Assembly: GCA_048882045.1 (NCBI GenBank)
Contig: JBHLRZ010000063.1
Span: forward strand, 1-10,273
DNA: 10,273 bases
Direction: 5' to 3'
Source of the DNA: Candidatus Thorarchaeota archaeon
GTDB taxonomy: Archaea; Asgardarchaeota; Thorarchaeia; Thorarchaeales; Thorarchaeaceae
This document shows positions 6,244 to 10,273 of this stretch, one piece after another. Below the pieces are notes generated by a model. It was not told the DNA's origin. It saw nothing but the letters and a program-made list of their open reading frames with translations, and ran no database searches. Each line of letters opens with the position of its first letter. Position 1 is the stretch's first letter. The translations under genes and the position numbers were made by a program.

Positions 6244-7074
6244 TTAACTTTCCGCAATAATGAACTCGAAAGTGTCGTCTGTATCGGCTTCATCAACTCC
6301 CAGTTTCTGACGAATTAGACTCTCGAATGCGGGGTTTATCTCGTATCCAATCGAGTTCCGTCCCAGTTCGCGAGCTACTTTTAGTGTGGTCCCACTTCCA
6401 GCAAAGGGATCAAGAACAGTATCACCTACAAACGAATATAGACGAATGCATCTACGTGGAAGCTCTTCTGGAAAAGGTGCAGGGTGTTTCTCTTGTTTTG
6501 CAGATGCAGGTTGGAAATCCCATATCGAATTTTGTACCCAGTTGGTGAACTCATCGTGTGTAATCTTAGATGCGTCCTTGATTTCTGGATCTACTGGCTT
6601 TCTCTTTCCCTTCTTTGCAAAGACGATTATCCATTCATAGGGGTAGGATGATATCAAGTTGGGAGGATAAGGATAAGATCCCCAAGAACTGAACCGAACA
6701 ACCTTCCTCTTGTCCCAAATGAATAGAGAATGGAAATACATGTTTCCAAGAGAAACCATAAAATCTTCCAAATCCGTCAGAACTGATTTTGTGACGCGAC
6801 GGTTGAATTTAGTGTTCTTGCCAGTGAGTAGAATAGGCATGATGTTGATGATCAATTTTCCATCTGGCACCAGTTTTTTCACACATTCATTAAACACACT
6901 GTTTATTGAGGCGAGATAGTCTTCATAGGATTCAGACGTCTGGCTGATTCCTTTATCGTCCCCATAGTCTTTGAGTTTCCAATATGGAGGAGAAGTCACT
7001 ATGAGGTGAACAGAGGAGTCATCTATCATGTCCATGTTTGCACTGTCACTAATCACAACTTTGTGATGGGTCAT
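6244..7074 (-). CDS. Beta-class amino-DNA methyltransferase (SPPY, probably N4-cytosine)
   Basis: Motif IV TSPPY near the N-terminus, HPAPFPEELPRR, and motif I DPFAGSGTT near the C-terminus, giving beta order. Starts 1 nt after the stop of the upstream MTase. Confidence 0.92.
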   Translation of the reverse strand: MTHHKVVISDSANMDMIDDSSVHLIVTSPPYWKLKDYGDDKGISQTSESYEDYLASINSVFNECVKKLVPDGKLIINIMPILLTGKNTKFNRRVTKSVLTDLEDFMVSLGNMYFHSLFIWDKRKVVRFSSWGSYPYPPNLISSYPYEWIIVFAKKGKRKPVDPEIKDASKITHDEFTNWVQNSIWDFQPASAKQEKHPAPFPEELPRRCIRLYSFVGDTVLDPFAGSGTTLKVARELGRNSIGYEINPAFESLIRQKLGVDEADTDDTFEFIIAES

Positions 7075-7075
7075 C

Positions 7076-8179
7076 TTATTTTCGGCCCCCAGTGGCCAGG
7101 TCCCAGACTAGAATCTGCTCTTTCCTGTTTGTTGAATTGATGTTATCCCAGAGGCCGCTGGCGGTGTTAGTATAATCACGTTCGACTGCATAGGGAGTAT
7201 TCCAAGGTGCGATCTCAGAGAAGAAGTCAGCACCTCTGATGAGTTTCTTTTTGACCATACGATCTCCGACTACGAATATGATTAGAGACTCATCATGTAC
7301 CACCTTGTCAATTGCTTTTAGTGCAGATTTCATGTCTTCTCGATATGAGGTGAACTTCTGGATGAGCCCGTCACGGATAGTTGCTCTGTCCATGCCTATG
7401 ATCTCCATCACAATCTTGGAGTAATAGCTTGTATAATCAAGAGCATCAAAGTATGGAGGACTAGTGTATACAACATCAACAGATTTGTCGTCCACAATTT
7501 CGTGAATTTTTCGTGTGTCGTGGCAGTAAATCTTAGCTTCATACCCTGAGTTGAGAAAGCCAATGTGTTTACGGACTTTCCTGAGAAGTGTTGCATAGAA
7601 ATCGATGTTCCTCAGAGGTTCATTAATTCGTCCTACTGATGTAGACGTCCAAAGCCAACCATTACATGCTCTAGCGGCAACACAAATCGATCCGTAGAGA
7701 GCTGCAAGCAGATAAAATGGAAATCCTTCGGAAAGAGCAACCATTCTCATAATTTGATCAGCAGTGGTAGGATGGAAATAACGTGAGGCTGAGTCAGGCA
7801 TCTTTGGAACGCTGCGCAATGATGGGGCTTTTTTGACGACATCAGCAAGTATTGAATCGACTAAATCAACCTCAATCTGTTCGATTTTGCCTCTGGCTAT
7901 CATGCATGCCAGAGGATTGTTGTCGACTCCAATGGCTTTCATTCCATGAGCTTGGGCTTCATAGATAATTGTGCCTGTACCACAGAATGGATCAAGAAGA
8001 GTTGTATCAGATGGAAGCTGCGAAATGACATGAGCAGCATCGATAGCAGACATCTTTCCTCTGTAAGGATAGATGCCGTGAATCGATTTGGGATTACTGA
8101 CTTTGTCAAAGTGTCCTAAGGTGATTCTTGGTGTTGAATCACTGAATTGGCCTGTACTTACCCCTGGCTCTTGCATCAC
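7076..8179 (-). CDS. Alpha-class amino-DNA methyltransferase (SPPY, probably N4-cytosine)
   Basis: HGIYPYRGKM (motif X), LDPFCGTGT (motif I), a variable TRD-like region, then YTSPPY (motif IV), giving alpha order. The start is GTG 8179 or ATG 8176, with AGGAG at 8188-8184. Confidence 0.88.
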   Translation of the reverse strand: MMQEPGVSTGQFSDSTPRITLGHFDKVSNPKSIHGIYPYRGKMSAIDAAHVISQLPSDTTLLDPFCGTGTIIYEAQAHGMKAIGVDNNPLACMIARGKIEQIEVDLVDSILADVVKKAPSLRSVPKMPDSASRYFHPTTADQIMRMVALSEGFPFYLLAALYGSICVAARACNGWLWTSTSVGRINEPLRNIDFYATLLRKVRKHIGFLNSGYEAKIYCHDTRKIHEIVDDKSVDVVYTSPPYFDALDYTSYYSKIVMEIIGMDRATIRDGLIQKFTSYREDMKSALKAIDKVVHDESLIIFVVGDRMVKKKLIRGADFFSEIAPWNTPYAVERDYTNTASGLWDNINSTNRKEQILVWDLATGGRK

Positions 8180-8207
8180 GATTCTCCTAGAATTACCCGT
8201 TGTCGTG

Positions 8208-9005
8208 CTAATACCTGTCAGCTAACTTGTCTACAGCCATGACTAGAGCGTCAAGAGACTTTGCAATGGCTTCGACAAGAAGAGGATCTTGCTCTCCTGT
8301 CATTTCGTCTTCAGATTTCTGTTCAGTCTTCTGAGCACCATGAAGATTACCATCACATGATAGAATGGCTCCTGTATCGAGACCTTTAGTCTGTGCGAAC
8401 GTAAAGAGAAGAGATGCTTCCATCTCGACACATTTTACCCTAGCTCGTGTCCAGATTTCAAGATGATTATGGGCTGGATTCACATAGTAGATATCTGAGG
8501 TCCAGTTAATACCTGAGTGAACGCGATGAGCAGGCAACAACTTGGAAATACTATCGTATAAGGCAAGATACCACTCGGGCGAAGCCACTGCTGGATACTC
8601 TATTGGTGCATAGTTAAGACTTGCACGTTCATCTCGAACTGCTGCAGTAGGAACGACAACATCACCAGTCTTAACCGCTGGATCAACACCTCCACAACTA
8701 CCTAGTCGAAGGATAACTTTGCAATCTAGTTTTGCGAGTTCCTCCACACAGATGTGTGTTGACGCAACTCCCATTCCAGTTCCCGATATTGTGATGGGAT
8801 TCCCCTTTGGTGTGTAGGCTCGATAAGTGACAAGGCCACGATACCGCGCTACTTCCTCGGGATCCTTCATCCTTCCAGCAATCACGGGCACTCTCTCGGG
8901 ATTTCCTGTGATCACAACAATTTTCTCCACATCGCCTTCGCCAACTCTGAGGTGAGGTTGAATTCGTTTCTTCAATGGAACCACCTGACTAAAATCAGGT
9001 TCCAC
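8208..9005 (-). CDS. Nucleoside phosphorylase (NP-I family, uridine phosphorylase/PNP-like)
   Basis: ITGNPERV, GTGMG, ILRLGSCGG, GDVVV..AAVRDE and VEMEAS motifs. GTG start. Confidence 0.9.
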   Translation of the reverse strand: MEPDFSQVVPLKKRIQPHLRVGEGDVEKIVVITGNPERVPVIAGRMKDPEEVARYRGLVTYRAYTPKGNPITISGTGMGVASTHICVEELAKLDCKVILRLGSCGGVDPAVKTGDVVVPTAAVRDERASLNYAPIEYPAVASPEWYLALYDSISKLLPAHRVHSGINWTSDIYYVNPAHNHLEIWTRARVKCVEMEASLLFTFAQTKGLDTGAILSCDGNLHGAQKTEQKSEDEMTGEQDPLLVEAIAKSLDALVMAVDKLADRY

Positions 9006-9034
9006 ATCTCACTTTTACAATGTTCGGTTTCTAT

Positions 9035-9235
9035 TCAGCATTGGAAAGGAATGCCTTCGATTCGAGCGAGAACGCAATCAATGCATACACATCTTCCATT
9101 GATGAGGAAAGTTCTTGCAAAGCGTGGAGAGTCAGAGCTACAGACATTGCAGGGCCGAATTTCTGTAGAATAGTTTTCAGTGAGGAACACGAGTAACAGT
9201 GACATCAATTTCGTGTTCTGTTGTTGAATCAGCAT
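9035..9235 (-). CDS. Small putative C4 zinc-finger protein
   Basis: 66 aa with CNVC-x18-CIDC (preceded by GRCV). The spacing is reminiscent of ClpX-type treble-clef fingers. Purine-rich GAGGATGTGA lies upstream of the ATG, and the gene is co-oriented with the phosphorylase. Confidence 0.5.
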   Translation of the reverse strand: MLIQQQNTKLMSLLLVFLTENYSTEIRPCNVCSSDSPRFARTFLINGRCVCIDCVLARIEGIPFQC

Positions 9236-9325
9236 TGTACTTCACATCCTCAATATCGTGTATCTGTTTCCTTATTAGGTACACATACAGTGAACAAGTC
9301 ACCAGTAGAAAGGAAGTAATTGATA

Positions 9326-9700
9326 ATGAGCAGCGACTTCGTTTACCATTGCTATCGATGCGGTACGGAAAACCAGTATGACCTACCAAAACCAAACGCA
9401 CCTAACTATCATCATGCATCGCTCACTTGCAAGAGCTGCGGAGACAGCACCCATGTTCTACTCAGTCATTGTCCAAATTGCCACCGGTATGTTTTCTGGA
9501 TAGATGACATGTCTATCCCAGATACTGTGAATGGATTCGCCAAGTATATGGTCCACCATATGCAGGCCTTGATAGATCAAGCAGCTAGGCAAGGCGCTTC
9601 AATCAGTATAGACACACCGGATAACTATCCGATCAGTGCTACTTGCCCCTGTGGAACGACATTCAATGTGGAGCTACCAATTCCCGATCTCGATGAATGA
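9326..9700 (+). CDS. Multi-CxxC zinc-ribbon protein of unknown function
   Basis: CYRCG, CKSCG, CPNCH and CPCG knuckles. The ORF track starts it at TTG 9320; the ATG at 9326 follows AAGGAAG. Confidence 0.8.
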   Translation: MSSDFVYHCYRCGTENQYDLPKPNAPNYHHASLTCKSCGDSTHVLLSHCPNCHRYVFWIDDMSIPDTVNGFAKYMVHHMQALIDQAARQGASISIDTPDNYPISATCPCGTTFNVELPIPDLDE

Positions 9701-9706
9701 CTTGAT

Positions 9707-10273
9707 TCAGCACATATAGTAGTAGATATTGCTCTCACCCTTTGGGAAGAGGGTTGCAACTAGGGACTTGAGGTCACGGTTGACAATGAAGTCGATATTG
9801 TTGTATTTGAGTTCATCAATGTCATAGACTCCAAAAATCAAGCGGATTAAATCACTTGGAGGAGCACGAAAACCACGATGCTCATCTACTTCTTGCATTC
9901 CAATATCAACAATACTCTCAATTTTTCCACTCACAAACTTCAGAAGATAGCAGTTTCGGAAAGTGTTGATAGTAAGGTCATGAGTTAATCCTTCAAACAT
10001 TGATCCAACAAGTCGTTTCTCAAGGACTGGCGCGATTTTCTGAAGTAGACGTAAAATATTTGGGACACGGAGCTGATGTTTCCACTGTCCCAGAACTTGA
10101 CCTCCGAGATCATGTGCTATTTTTCGAAGATTGTTAGAGGGAGGGCCGACGAATCCAACTCGATGAAAATTATTCTGCAAAGCCTCTGCCTTCACAAACT
10201 GAAGAGCCCTCATGACTCCATCGAATGTTCTGATGCTGCTCTCGATTACACGCATATTCGACCCGTAAAGACC
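9707..10273 (-). CDS. C-terminal part of an Eis-like GNAT N-acetyltransferase (SCP2-like tail); 5' end outside the window
   Basis: The frame stays open to the window edge (GLYGSN before the annotated M). The pattern LRVPNI..LL..IAPVLEKRL..S.FEG....LTIN....YLLKF..GKI ... LIRLIFG....EL ... LFPK resembles Eis-type GNAT C-termini. Confidence 0.7.
   Translation of the reverse strand, partial: GLYGSNMRVIESSIRTFDGVMRALQFVKAEALQNNFHRVGFVGPPSNNLRKIAHDLGGQVLGQWKHQLRVPNILRLLQKIAPVLEKRLVGSMFEGLTHDLTINTFRNCYLLKFVSGKIESIVDIGMQEVDEHRGFRAPPSDLIRLIFGVYDIDELKYNNIDFIVNRDLKSLVATLFPKGESNIYYYMC

Noticed and set aside
3016-7596. Short ORFs overlapping the WD40, M28, GGR and MTase genes (for example 3016-3330, 3415-3870, 5809-6159, 6386-6640)
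   Set aside because: Shadow ORFs with Ser/Pro/Thr-rich antisense composition. None resembles a restriction endonuclease or RuvC domain.
8952-9401. ORFs 8952-9173 (+), 9177-9401 (-) and 9199-9381 (+), and a possible frameshift joining 9177-9401 to the Zn-finger ORF
   Set aside because: They overlap better-supported genes and the divergent promoter region, and there is no clear slippery site. The ATG at 9235 with an SD-like sequence explains the Zn-finger ORF on its own.

Overview
Gene-dense window, probably archaeal. TATA/BRE-type promoters, frequent TTG/GTG starts, a geranylgeranyl reductase, a WD40 protein and small Zn-ribbon proteins suggest an Asgard/Thorarchaeia-like genome, which is inference. 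From left to right: (i) about 430 nt of ORF-free, densely hairpin-forming minus-strand sequence with its own BRE-TATA promoter, most likely a large structured ncRNA running off the left edge, with K-loop/K-turn motifs and a possible resemblance to bacterial OLE RNA; (ii) a bacterial-type RNase PH directly upstream of it on the same strand; (iii) divergently, a Pol-beta-family nucleotidyltransferase with two HEPN-like helical repeats, then a basic protein that looks like the N-terminal WED/REC half of TnpB/Cas12f with no RuvC; (iv) a minus-strand run of WD40 protein, membrane-anchored M28/glutaminyl-cyclase-like enzyme, geranylgeranyl reductase family protein, a tandem alpha+beta pair of SPPY (probably m4C) DNA methyltransferases with no restriction enzyme, and a nucleoside phosphorylase; (v) two divergent small Cys-rich Zn-finger genes and the 3' end of an Eis-like GNAT acetyltransferase. 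The best candidates for new biology are the ncRNA, the RuvC-less TnpB-like protein and their clustering with RNA 3'-end enzymes.
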